Shown: piece by piece, positions 33,226 through 42,625 of the stretch
Numbering within the stretch: the first letter of the stretch is position 1
Layout of the letters: every line of letters starts with the position of its first letter
Assembly (NCBI RefSeq): GCF_910577475.1
Contig: NZ_CAJTLJ010000008.1
Origin: an uncultured Alistipes sp.
GTDB taxonomy: Bacteria; Bacteroidota; Bacteroidia; Bacteroidales; Rikenellaceae
Reading direction: 5' to 3' (one strand)
DNA length: 64,000 nt
Notes under the pieces: generated by a model
What the model was told of the DNA's origin: nothing
What the model saw: the letters and a program-made list of their open reading frames with translations, nothing else
Database searches by the model: none
Program-made: the position numbers and the translations under genes

Positions 33226-34059
33226 TTATTGTTTATTTATCTTCTCTTTGGCATCGAGCGAGCGGAGAAGCTCCTCGAAAAGTTCGCGTCCGCGCTCCCG
33301 GTCGAGCAGGGTCCAGCGGGCCACGATATTCACCCGCACCAGATAGGCCAGCACGGCATCGATGTCGAAATAGTTCTGCACGGTCAGCTCCAGCGACTCG
33401 TTCCAGCGGATCAGATCGATCTTGTGCTCCTTCTCGAGCAGGTTGGGTTCGTCGTTGACGGCGGCGATCACGGCATCCACGTAGGGCAGCTCGCCGCGCA
33501 GGCCGAAATCGGAAGCCGACGAGCGGCGCAGCTGCTCCGTCACGTCGTCCTCGCCCACGGTCACCCGCTCCACGTCGCGGCCGGCGGCACGGGCGGCCAC
33601 GGCGGCGGCGATGTTGCGCAGCGTGCGGTCGAAGGTCGACCACTCGCGCAGGAAACGGCTCTTCGCACGCGCACAGGTACGATAGTAGGCCTCCAGCAGG
33701 TTGCTCTCGAAGCTGCGGGTCATGTCCAGCTCCTCCGCCTCCTCGGATTCGGAGCTGCGGTAGGCGCGAACCACCCGGGCCATCTCCGCGGGGAGACGGT
33801 CGGGGCTCTGCAAGGCCTCCCCCACCTCGTCGGCCGTGAGGCTGCCCAGCGGATTATAGGCCGAGCGGCCGCCGAACCGGGCGATCAGGTTCTCGCAGTC
33901 GTAGTAGCCGTACAGAAGCCGCACTTCGCGGGCGTCGGCCTCCGTAAGCTCCTCGAGAATCTCCTCGCGAATCGCCCGGGCGTCGAAACCCTTGACCTCG
34001 GCATCCAGCGCATACTCGCGCAGGCCGGCTACCAAACAATAGTAATTCTTCTCGAACAT
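33226..34059 (-). CDS. DUF2764 family protein (V-ATPase subunit C-like)
   Basis: YYCLVAGL N-terminus, YFDIDAVLAY, and position between subunits E and A. Confidence 0.8.
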   Translation of the reverse strand: MFEKNYYCLVAGLREYALDAEVKGFDARAIREEILEELTEADAREVRLLYGYYDCENLIARFGGRSAYNPLGSLTADEVGEALQSPDRLPAEMARVVRAYRSSESEEAEELDMTRSFESNLLEAYYRTCARAKSRFLREWSTFDRTLRNIAAAVAARAAGRDVERVTVGEDDVTEQLRRSSASDFGLRGELPYVDAVIAAVNDEPNLLEKEHKIDLIRWNESLELTVQNYFDIDAVLAYLVRVNIVARWTLLDRERGRELFEELLRSLDAKEKINKQ

Positions 34060-34071
34060 AGGGACGAAGGG

Positions 34072-34686
34072 TTAGGCTTCGTACAACAGATGAGCCACCT
34101 TCTCGCGCAGATACTCCTTCATCAGGGCGTCGAAATCGGCATCGGAGAACGAGATGTAGTAGCCGCCGTCCTTGGCGCCCACCTTGAAGCCCGTGCGAAC
34201 CTCTTTCGAATAGCCCACCTCGATACCGGCGGCCAGCAGCTCCTTGGCGCTCGCGGCGAAAGCCTCGTCCAGCTTCGCGCGCTCTGCCTCGGGCAGAAGA
34301 GCCTGCAGCTCGACCTTCGACGAATCGGCGCCGTTCCAGTTCTTGGCTACGGCCAGCAGCATCTCCTTGATGAAGCCGGCATCCATCACGGCGGCCTTCA
34401 CGCCGTCGCCGGTCGACTTGGCGATGATGAGCGAGGCGATCTCGGCCTTGATCTTCGCCACGGCCTGCTTGCCGGCCAGCGCGATTTCGGTCAGGGAGTT
34501 CTTCTCCACGTCCTTCGCCTTCGTCTCAGCGCTCTTCACGATCGCAGCGGCCTCGGCCTGAGCCTCGGACACGATTTTAGCAGCTTCGGCCTTCGCTTCG
34601 GCAACCAGGCGGTCCGCCTCCGAACGCCCCTTCTCCAGACCCTCGGCGTAGAGCGTCCGGGTCAGCTGTTCCAGTTTATTCTCCAT
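34072..34686 (-). CDS. V-type ATP synthase subunit E
   Basis: MENKLEQLT..EG, Ala/Glu/Lys coiled coil, GFKVGAKDGGYYISF. Confidence 0.88.
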   Translation of the reverse strand: MENKLEQLTRTLYAEGLEKGRSEADRLVAEAKAEAAKIVSEAQAEAAAIVKSAETKAKDVEKNSLTEIALAGKQAVAKIKAEIASLIIAKSTGDGVKAAVMDAGFIKEMLLAVAKNWNGADSSKVELQALLPEAERAKLDEAFAASAKELLAAGIEVGYSKEVRTGFKVGAKDGGYYISFSDADFDALMKEYLREKVAHLLYEA

Positions 34687-34740
34687 AAGTGTTATTGTGT
34701 ATTTAATTGAATTTTCGGTCGAGTCTCCGCATTACGCGCA

Positions 34741-34748
34741 CAAAGATA
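34741..34748 (-). promoter_or_regulatory. -7 promoter element of the V-ATPase operon
   Basis: TATCTTTG on the minus strand. Confidence 0.6.
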
Positions 34749-34953
34749 GAAAAAATACCGCAACGAACAACAGAAAAGAGGAGGTTTTATTCTCCTTTTC
34801 GGGCACGCTCGGAAGATTCGGCCAGCCGGAGGTCCGAAATCGATTTGCGGACAAAAAACCGGAGGAGCTCCCGCCACCGGCAGGAACTCCCCCCGTTCGA
34901 TTTCAGAAAGCGGCCCCGACGAACGTAACGCGCAATCCGCCCGCCGGACAGCC

Positions 34954-36396
34954 TCAACCCTGATGTTGGGGCCGCAGCAGATCCTGCACGACCTTCACGG
35001 GCGAGAAGGTGGAGATGGGCACATCCACGAAGACCGTGTTCCACTTCGCCATCGCTCCGTTCCACAGTCCGGGCAGCTCCTGGGCGCGCAGCTCGCGGCC
35101 GCCCGACGACTTCGAGGAGATGAATCCCGTCTCGGGGTCGGTGTATCGGCGCAGGTCGAACTTTCCGCCGCGGGCGTTCTTCACGCCGCAGACCAGATCG
35201 ACCGGGTTGAAATGGGTCGCCGACTTCATCAGCGGCAGGTCGTCGGGCGAGATCTGGCTCGACTCGGCGATCTGGAGCGACTGCGTACCGTCGGGATTGG
35301 CCACCCAGAAGGGGCCGCCGCCGGGCTCGCCCTCGTTGCGGACCATGCCGCAGAGGCGGATGGGCCGGTCGAGGATAGCAGCCAGCAGCGCCGCATCATA
35401 GCGTTCGGGCAGTTTCGTGCAGAGCTCCTTTTCGATGAAGGCGGCCGCCTCTGCCGGATCGGCCGTCCCGGCCTCGAGCCCCCGCAGGTAGCCGAACGCC
35501 CGCTCCTGCAAATCGACGAGCATGCCGGCCAGCGCTTTCTTGTAGGTCACCGTGTCGCCTTTGAGGGCATCGGTAGTCACGTTGTCGATATTCTTGATGA
35601 AGATGATGTCGGCATCGATCTCGTCCAGGTTTTCGATCAGCGCACCGTGGCCCGCCGGACGGAAGAGCAGCTTCCCTTCATCGGTCCGGAAAAGGGTGTT
35701 GTCGGGGTTGACGGCGACCGTGTCGGTCGAGGGTTTCTGGACCGAGAACGAGATCTCGTAAGTCACGCCGAAGCGCTTCCCGTAAAGGGGCACCTTTTCG
35801 TCGAGCAGCGCCCGGAAACCCTCCATGTGTTCCGGGGAGACGGTGAAGTGGATGCGGACCACCCCGTCGGCGGCGGCATACATGGCCCCTTCGGCCAGAT
35901 GCTCCTCAACGGCCTTGCGGCTCCCCTCGGGATAGCTGTGAAAGGTCACGAGCCCTTTGGGCCGCGATCCGTAGTTAAGCCCCCGGTTCACGATGGCGCT
36001 CACCACCGTCCGGTCATCGGCGCCGGCGGGCAGCAGGGCCTTCAGCTCGGGCCAGAAGGCGAATTTCCCGATGTTGTCGAGCAGCCTGTCGATCCCGGGG
36101 CCGCGCTTGCCTTCGTTCACGAACTCGAAAAGCTCCTTGAACATGCGGGTGGCGGCACCCGACGCGGGCACGAACTTCACGACCCGGCGGCCGGACAGCG
36201 ACCGGTCGTAACGCTCCACGGCGGCGGCGATCCGTTCGGGCGAGGCGACGACGATGCCGTCCCCGGGCGAAGCGGCCTTCACCACCTTCAGGTAGGGGAA
36301 TCCACGTTTGAAATTTTCGATCTGAAGCTCCACGGCTTCGGGCGTAAGTCCATGCTCCCGAATCTGAAGCAGATCCTGTTCAGCGAATTGAGACAT
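34954..36396 (-). CDS. DUF4301 family protein
   Basis: KFVPASGAATRMFK, FRPAGHGALIENL, GEPGGGPFW, ELPGLWNGAM. Confidence 0.88.
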   Translation of the reverse strand: MSQFAEQDLLQIREHGLTPEAVELQIENFKRGFPYLKVVKAASPGDGIVVASPERIAAAVERYDRSLSGRRVVKFVPASGAATRMFKELFEFVNEGKRGPGIDRLLDNIGKFAFWPELKALLPAGADDRTVVSAIVNRGLNYGSRPKGLVTFHSYPEGSRKAVEEHLAEGAMYAAADGVVRIHFTVSPEHMEGFRALLDEKVPLYGKRFGVTYEISFSVQKPSTDTVAVNPDNTLFRTDEGKLLFRPAGHGALIENLDEIDADIIFIKNIDNVTTDALKGDTVTYKKALAGMLVDLQERAFGYLRGLEAGTADPAEAAAFIEKELCTKLPERYDAALLAAILDRPIRLCGMVRNEGEPGGGPFWVANPDGTQSLQIAESSQISPDDLPLMKSATHFNPVDLVCGVKNARGGKFDLRRYTDPETGFISSKSSGGRELRAQELPGLWNGAMAKWNTVFVDVPISTFSPVKVVQDLLRPQHQG

Positions 36397-36467
36397 AGTT
36401 TAGGATGTATTAAGTTGTTTTTAGGTTCGGTTCACCAAATTTTACTCAAAAATAGTAAAATTATTTC

Positions 36468-36475
36468 TAACTTTG
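36468..36475 (+). promoter_or_regulatory. -7 promoter element of the murB operon
   Basis: TAACTTTG only 5 nt before ATG 36481. Confidence 0.6.
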
Positions 36476-36480
36476 CAAGT

Positions 36481-37494
36481 ATGAAACGAGAATTTCAGCG
36501 GATCGATCTTCGGGATCGCAACAGCTTTCACGTCGTGCAGCTGGCCGACCGGCTCGTGGAGTTCGATTCGGCGGAGGAGCTCCGGGAGCTCTTCGCCCGC
36601 GAACGCCCCGAAAAGTGGATGGTGCTGAGCGGCGGAAACAACATCCTCTTCACCCGGGATTACGACGGGCTGATCGTCACCCCCGTCGCCGACAGGATCG
36701 CCATCCTGGACGAGCGGGACGACCGGGTGCGCGTGCGCGCCGAAGCGGGCGCCGAGTGGGACGATCTGGTCGCCTGGACTGTCGACCGCGGGCTCTGGGG
36801 GTTGGAAAACCTTTCGCTCATCCCGGGCAAGGCGGGAGCCGCCCCCGTGCAGAACATCGGAGCCTACGGCGCCGAGGCGAAAGATTGTCTCGAGAGCGTG
36901 GAGTGCCTCTTCACGGAGACGGGCGCCGTCGAGACCCTCGCGGCCGACCGCTGCGCCTTCGGCTATCGGGACAGCATCTTCAAGCGGGAGCTGAAGGGCC
37001 GCGCCGTGATACTCTCCGCAACCTTCGTCCTGAGCCGCACGCCCCGTCCCAGGCTGGGCTACGGCGACGTCATCCGCGAGGTGGAGGCGCTGGGAGGCGC
37101 GACGCTGCACAACATCCGCGAGGCCATCTGCAGGATCCGCCGCTCGAAGCTGCCCGACACCGCCGAGTTGGGCAACGCCGGCAGCTTCTTCAAGAATCCG
37201 GTCGTGGAGCGCACCTTCGCCGAGAAACTGAAGGCGGAGTGGCCCGACATGCCCCTCTACTCCTCGGCCGAAGGCGGAGAACGGGTGAAGCTGGCCGCCG
37301 GCTGGCTGATCGACCGCTGTGGACTGAAAGGATACCGCCGGGGGGCCGTCGGCGTGCACGAAAAGCAGGCGCTGGTACTGGTCAACCACGGCGGCGCCAC
37401 GGGCGGCGAGGTGATCGAACTGGCCCGGCTGGTTCAGCGGACCGTCCGCGAACGGTTCGGCGTGGAGATCGACACCGAGGTTAATATCGTATAG
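36481..37494 (+). CDS. murB: UDP-N-acetylmuramate dehydrogenase
   Basis: GLENLSLIPG, APVQNIGAYG, FGYRDSIFK, GNAGSFFKNP, QALVLVN. Confidence 0.97.
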   Translation: MKREFQRIDLRDRNSFHVVQLADRLVEFDSAEELRELFARERPEKWMVLSGGNNILFTRDYDGLIVTPVADRIAILDERDDRVRVRAEAGAEWDDLVAWTVDRGLWGLENLSLIPGKAGAAPVQNIGAYGAEAKDCLESVECLFTETGAVETLAADRCAFGYRDSIFKRELKGRAVILSATFVLSRTPRPRLGYGDVIREVEALGGATLHNIREAICRIRRSKLPDTAELGNAGSFFKNPVVERTFAEKLKAEWPDMPLYSSAEGGERVKLAAGWLIDRCGLKGYRRGAVGVHEKQALVLVNHGGATGGEVIELARLVQRTVRERFGVEIDTEVNIV

Positions 37495-37498
37495 CAAG

Positions 37499-38839
37499 AT
37501 GCTGGCAGACAACTTTCAACGCTATGTCGAGGAGCACGAGCTGGTCTCGCACGACCAGCGCATTCTGCTGACCGTATCGGGAGGCGTGGACTCGATGGTG
37601 ATGTTCTCGCTCTTTCTCAAGTGCGGCTACCGCGTGGGCATCGCCCACTGCAATTTCCAGCTGCGGGGCGAGGAGAGCGAGGAGGACGAGGCGATGGTGG
37701 CCCGCGAGGCGGAGCGCTTCGGCGTGCCGTGCTACAACAGGCGGTTCGACACGATCGGCGAGATGGAGCGCACGGGCGAATCCATGGAGATGGCCGCCCG
37801 GCGGTTGCGCTACGCCTGGTTCGACGAGCTGCGCCGCGGGGAGGGCTACGACGTCATCGCCGTGGCGCACCACGCCGACGACTCGATCGAAACCTTTTTC
37901 ATCAACCTGCTGCGGGGCACGGGGCTGCGCGGCCTGACCGGCATCCACACCCGGACGGGCCATCTGATCCGCCCGCTGAACTTCGCCTCGCGCAAGGAGA
38001 TCCTGGAATACGCCGTCGCGAACCGCATACCCTACCGCGAGGATTCGTCGAACCGCTCGACGAAGTACCTGCGCAACAAGATCCGTCTGGGGCTGATCCC
38101 GCGCATCCGCGAGATCAACGCCCGGTTCACCGATCTGATGAGCCGCAACATCGGCCGGCTGGTCGACACGCAGCGCTTCGTGGACCATGCCGTCGAGCTG
38201 ATCCGCCGCGAGGCGGTCTCCTCCGAGAACGGCATCGACACGATCCGCATGGACCGCATCGACCCCGGATTTCCGCGGGAGTTCGTGGTCTACGAGCTGT
38301 TGAGCTCGGGCTACGGATTCAAGGGCGACGTGATCGACGCCCTCTGCCGGGCGCTGAAGCAGGGCACCACGGGGCGCCGCTTCTACGCCCGCGAATACGT
38401 GGGCTACGTCGACCGGGGGGCCATCCGGATCACCCGCATCCCCTCGGACGACCCCTGCGAGACCACCGTGGAGGAGGGCACGCCCCGCAGCTACTGCGGC
38501 AATGCGGTGCTCATCTACGAGCGGTGCGACATTGACTCGATCAAAACCTTCGGCGTGCCGGAGAACCAGGCGCAGCTCGATCTGGACAAGCTCCGTTTTC
38601 CGCTCACGCTGCGCCGCTGGCGCGAGGGCGACTGGTTTGTCCCCTTCGGCATGACGGGCCGCCGCAAGGTGAGCGACTTCCTGATCGACCGCAAGGTCCC
38701 GATGGCCGAAAAGGAGCGGCAGTTCGTACTCCTCTCGGGCGACGACATCGTCTGGCTGGTGGGCCGGCGCATCGACGACCGCTACCGCCTGACGCGGGAG
38801 AGCGAGAACGTCCTGCGCATAACCAAAGAGATTCTGTAA
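37499..38839 (+). CDS. tilS: tRNA(Ile)-lysidine synthetase
   Basis: VSGGVDSMV, AARRLRY, AHHADD, EDSSN, RNKIR. Confidence 0.96.
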   Translation: MLADNFQRYVEEHELVSHDQRILLTVSGGVDSMVMFSLFLKCGYRVGIAHCNFQLRGEESEEDEAMVAREAERFGVPCYNRRFDTIGEMERTGESMEMAARRLRYAWFDELRRGEGYDVIAVAHHADDSIETFFINLLRGTGLRGLTGIHTRTGHLIRPLNFASRKEILEYAVANRIPYREDSSNRSTKYLRNKIRLGLIPRIREINARFTDLMSRNIGRLVDTQRFVDHAVELIRREAVSSENGIDTIRMDRIDPGFPREFVVYELLSSGYGFKGDVIDALCRALKQGTTGRRFYAREYVGYVDRGAIRITRIPSDDPCETTVEEGTPRSYCGNAVLIYERCDIDSIKTFGVPENQAQLDLDKLRFPLTLRRWREGDWFVPFGMTGRRKVSDFLIDRKVPMAEKERQFVLLSGDDIVWLVGRRIDDRYRLTRESENVLRITKEIL

Positions 38840-38843
38840 AGGC

Positions 38844-39914
38844 ATGGCGAAGAGCACGGTAAAATTCAAGGAGACGGTGGCCGAATACGAGCGGCTGGCG
38901 GGCGAGGTGCGGGCGCGGAGGTTCGCACCGGTCTATCTGCTCATGGGCGAGGAGAGCTACTTCATCGACGCTCTGTGCGACCTGCTGGCCGGCACCGTGC
39001 TGCAGGAGAGCGAGCGGGCCTTCAGCCAGTACACGGTCTACGGACGCGACGTCGAGGCGGGGCAGGTGGTGAACCTCTGCCGCCAGCTGCCGATGATGGG
39101 CGAACGGCAGGTGGTGATTCTCAAGGAGGCGCAGCAGATGCGCCAGATCGAGAAGCTCGCCTACTACACCGACAAGCCCTCGCCGACCACCGTGCTGGTG
39201 ATCTGCCACAAGGAGAAGAGCGTCGACAAGCGCTCGACCCTCTACAAGGGGATTCTGAAGCAGGGGGCCGTGCTCGAATCGGTCCGCCCGCGCGACTACG
39301 AGATAGCCGGCTGGCTCACGCAGTTCATCGCCGCCCGCGGCTGCGCCATCGACCCGAAGGCCCTCACCATGCTGACCGACCACCTGGGCACCGACATCGC
39401 GAAGATCTCCAACGAGCTGCAGAAGCTGCTGCTTTCGCTCCCCGAGGGGACGAAGCGCATCACCGACCAGCACATCGAGGAGAACATCGGCATCTCGAAG
39501 GATTTCAACAACTTCGAACTCTGCAAGGCGGTGCTGACGAAGCAATCCGAACGGGCGCTCCGCATCGCCGACCACTTCGCCCGCAACCCCAAGGACAACC
39601 CGCTGCTGCTGACCGTCATGGCGCTGTTCAACCAGTTCCGGCAGCTCTTTCTGATAAACTACCTGCGCTGGCAGGTCAAATACCGAGGCACGGCCTTTCC
39701 CTCCGATGCCGAGCTGATGCGTATCCTGAAGGTGGGCAACATCTTCGCCATCGGCGAACTGAAGCAGGCCGCCCCGCTCTGGCCCAACCGCAAGGTGTTC
39801 AACATCCTGGGGCTGTTGCGCGAATACGACGCCAAAAGCAAGGGACTCGGTGCGGGCGGCGCCTCGGACGGAGAGCTGCTGCGCGAACTGCTGCTTAAAA
39901 TCTTCCTGCTGTGA
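38844..39914 (+). CDS. holA: DNA polymerase III subunit delta
   Basis: PVYLLMGEESYFID, PMMGERQVVILKEAQ, IGISKDFNNFEL. Confidence 0.93.
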   Translation: MAKSTVKFKETVAEYERLAGEVRARRFAPVYLLMGEESYFIDALCDLLAGTVLQESERAFSQYTVYGRDVEAGQVVNLCRQLPMMGERQVVILKEAQQMRQIEKLAYYTDKPSPTTVLVICHKEKSVDKRSTLYKGILKQGAVLESVRPRDYEIAGWLTQFIAARGCAIDPKALTMLTDHLGTDIAKISNELQKLLLSLPEGTKRITDQHIEENIGISKDFNNFELCKAVLTKQSERALRIADHFARNPKDNPLLLTVMALFNQFRQLFLINYLRWQVKYRGTAFPSDAELMRILKVGNIFAIGELKQAAPLWPNRKVFNILGLLREYDAKSKGLGAGGASDGELLRELLLKIFLL

Positions 39915-40627
39915 CCGAGCCCTACCTCGTCCAGACCGTGCATGTCCGGGGCCGTCGGCCGCGGCTGCTGCGCGAGCACCTCGACCGTCTGGAGCGAAGC
40001 CATGCGGAGCTGTTCGGAGAACGGCCGCACTTCGACGCGGAGGAGGTCCGGGGGCGGATCGTGCGGCTGCTCGACGCCGAACGCTACCCCGCCGGATTGT
40101 CGGCCGGCGTCCGGCTGGAACTGCGGAACGGGGAGCTCGACCTGCGTCCCGAGCCCGTCTCGCCCTATCGCGGCTACGTACTTCGGGCCCTGCGCCCCGC
40201 GGCCTGCTCGCTCCGCTTCGACATCCCCTTCCTGCCCCACCCCACCTCGGCCGGAGAGGCCGTCTGGGCGACAGCCGGCGAGATAGCCGCCGCACGCGGA
40301 TTCCGCACGGCGGTCCGCATCGACGGCGACGGACTGCGCGCCGGGGCCGACGGCGCCCCCCTCTTCACCGTCCGGGACCGGACGATCTGCATCGCCTCCA
40401 CCCCCGCCGACGTCACCGGCCGGCTGGCCGTCGAGACGATTCGCCGGGCCGGCTATCCGCTCCGCATCGAGACGACCCCGGCGGATCAGCTCCCCTTTCC
40501 GGACGAGCTCTTCTACGTCGACCACCGCGGCGTCACGGCGCTGGAGCGCTGCGACGGCCGACTGCTGATGGCGGTCATCGCCGAGCGCGTGGCCCGGGAG
40601 ATGGAGCGGATCTGGGAAAAACCGTAG
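39911..40627 (+). CDS. Aminotransferase class IV (PabC/IlvE-like) fold protein, degenerate
   Basis: T-V-x-V..L-R-E-H-L-D-R-L-E-R-S N-terminal signature and a DELF motif; coupled to holA by a GTGA overlap. Confidence 0.6.
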   Translation: MTEPYLVQTVHVRGRRPRLLREHLDRLERSHAELFGERPHFDAEEVRGRIVRLLDAERYPAGLSAGVRLELRNGELDLRPEPVSPYRGYVLRALRPAACSLRFDIPFLPHPTSAGEAVWATAGEIAAARGFRTAVRIDGDGLRAGADGAPLFTVRDRTICIASTPADVTGRLAVETIRRAGYPLRIETTPADQLPFPDELFYVDHRGVTALERCDGRLLMAVIAERVAREMERIWEKP

Positions 40628-40650
40628 AAACACGCCCTGCCGCCTGCCGC

Positions 40651-40658
40651 TACCTTTG
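40651..40658 (+). promoter_or_regulatory. -7 promoter element
   Basis: TACCTTTG, 20 nt before ATG 40679. Confidence 0.55.
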
Positions 40659-40678
40659 CGGAAAAACCTCCGCAAATC

Positions 40679-41251
40679 ATGAAAAAAGCGCTGTTCACCC
40701 TCCTGCTCCTGCTCATCGCGGGGACATCCATCCGTTCCGCCCTCCGGGCCCGCCGCGAAGCCGACCGGCTGCGCGCGAATCTCTATGCACTCAACGACAC
40801 GCTGTGCCGCTGCCGCACCCGGCTGGGCGAGGAGACGGTTTCGGTCGAAGCGCTCCGGCTCCGGTGCTCCGAATTCGAACGGCTGCGGGCCGCCGATGCG
40901 GCGGAGATCCGCCGGCTGGGCATCCGGCTCCGCCGGGCCGAGGAGATCGCCCGCACGGTCGCCGCCACGACCATCGAGGTGCCGGTGCCGGTCCGCGACA
41001 CCGTGATCCTGCGCGACACCCTGCGGCTCTTCCGCTGGCGGGACGCCTGGGTCGAAGTCGAGGGGCTGGTGGGGCGCGACACGGCGGAGTGCCGCGTGGA
41101 GAGCCGCGACACCCTGATTCAGGTCCTCCACCGCGTGCCGCGCCGCTTTCTCTTCATCCGCTGGGGCACGAAGGCCGTCCGGCAGGAGATCGTGTCGCGC
41201 AACCCGCACACGAAGATCGTCTATGCGGAGTACGTGAAAATCGAGCGATAG
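40679..41251 (+). CDS. Membrane-anchored coiled-coil protein (DUF6549-like)
   Basis: N-terminal transmembrane helix, coiled coil, and C-terminal RRFLFIRWGTKAVRQEIVSRNPH. Confidence 0.65.
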   Translation: MKKALFTLLLLLIAGTSIRSALRARREADRLRANLYALNDTLCRCRTRLGEETVSVEALRLRCSEFERLRAADAAEIRRLGIRLRRAEEIARTVAATTIEVPVPVRDTVILRDTLRLFRWRDAWVEVEGLVGRDTAECRVESRDTLIQVLHRVPRRFLFIRWGTKAVRQEIVSRNPHTKIVYAEYVKIER

Positions 41252-41288
41252 AAAAGGGGCCGTCGGAATATCCGACGGCCCCTTTTTT
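41252..41288. terminator. Bidirectional intrinsic terminator
   Basis: AAAAGGGGCCGTCGGA-ATA-TCCGACGGCCCCTTTT. Confidence 0.9.
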
Positions 41289-41301
41289 CACGATCCTGCG
41301 G

Positions 41302-42594
41302 TTACAATCCGAAGGCGGGCTTCGCCACGCCGAACAGCAGCCAGGCGGCCAGGAACGTCACGACGGCATTGAAGCACTGCGCCCCCAGAAAAGCGTACAT
41401 CGTGGTGCGGTTCTCCTTCGAGACGATATCCTTGAGCCGGGTGTCGAGGCCGATGCAGACGAAGGCCAGCGAGAAGAAAAGCGACGAGAAAGTCTTGGCC
41501 AGCCCCGTCTCGACGAGCTTCGTCGAGGCGTGGTCGGGGAACACCTCGAACGATTGGCAGAGGCTGAAGAGGAGCGACGCCGCCACGAAGCCCAGGATGA
41601 ACTTGGGGAACTTCTCCCAGACGATCCCCAGCGAGGGCTGCCGCGAACGTCCGCCCTCGCCCCGGGTCGAGAGGTAGAGCGCGATGAAGAAGGCGACCAC
41701 GCCGATCAGGACATTCTGCGTCGCCTTCACGATGATGGCCGTGCTGTTGGCCAGTTCGCCGGCCATGGCCGACGAAGCCGCAACGCCGCTGGTCGTGTCG
41801 ATCGTGCCGCCGATCCAGGCGCCGGCGATCTCCTGCTGCACGGCGGGATCCGACGCAACCAGCGGAACGACCTTCGCCGCCAGCCAGGGCATGAGGTAGA
41901 TCATCGGCACCACGACGATCAGCACGAGCGAAACCACGTAGGAGAGTTTCCGGTCGTCGGTGCCTGCCACGCCGGCGGCCGTGATGCAGGCCGACACGCC
42001 GCAGATCGAGACACCGCTCGAGAGGGTCATCGCCGTGGCGCGGTCGACCTTCAGACGGCGGGCCAGCGCATAGGCGAAGAGCCAGACGACGGCCACCACC
42101 AGGCAGGCCTGCACCAACCCCATCGAACCGGACTTCATCACGTCGCGGAAGAGAATGGTGGCACCCAGACAGACCACGCCGATCTTGATGAAGAACTCGC
42201 CCTGAACGGCGGGTTTCAGCCAGTCGGGAATACGGAAACAGTTGCGGATCACAAGGCCGAAAATCACCGAAAAGAAGACCGACTCGAAACCCAGATAGGC
42301 GACCGAGGGGATTTTAGCCACCCAGAGGGCGAGCGCCGCCACGGCGAAGACCACGACAAACGAGGCCAGCAGTCCGCGCAGCGGGCGACCCAGCAGCTTG
42401 TTGCCGGCGAAGAGGACGGCCAGCGCCAGCGCGAAGAGCACGGCAATATTGCGCCACGCCTCGACGGTCTGCAAATCGGTCGGGATGGAGATTTTGGGCA
42501 GCGCATGCGCGAAGGCCGCCAGCAGGAGCAGAGGGAGGGAGATCAGCACGACCACCCAGTCCTCGACCAGAAATTGTTTGAAAAATCGTTTCAT
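41302..42594 (-). CDS. YeiH / putative sulfate exporter family transporter
   Basis: FIKIGVVCLG, SGVSICGVSA, GAWIGGTID, KFPKFILGF, FVCIGL. Confidence 0.88.
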   Translation of the reverse strand: MKRFFKQFLVEDWVVVLISLPLLLLAAFAHALPKISIPTDLQTVEAWRNIAVLFALALAVLFAGNKLLGRPLRGLLASFVVVFAVAALALWVAKIPSVAYLGFESVFFSVIFGLVIRNCFRIPDWLKPAVQGEFFIKIGVVCLGATILFRDVMKSGSMGLVQACLVVAVVWLFAYALARRLKVDRATAMTLSSGVSICGVSACITAAGVAGTDDRKLSYVVSLVLIVVVPMIYLMPWLAAKVVPLVASDPAVQQEIAGAWIGGTIDTTSGVAASSAMAGELANSTAIIVKATQNVLIGVVAFFIALYLSTRGEGGRSRQPSLGIVWEKFPKFILGFVAASLLFSLCQSFEVFPDHASTKLVETGLAKTFSSLFFSLAFVCIGLDTRLKDIVSKENRTTMYAFLGAQCFNAVVTFLAAWLLFGVAKPAFGL

Positions 42595-42625
42595 GACTGA
42601 AAATAATCTCGTTTGAACTTCGGCA

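Noticed and set aside
40785..41006. Possible embedded o-spanin in an alternative frame of the DUF6549-like gene
   Set aside because: No hydrophobic signal peptide or lipobox.
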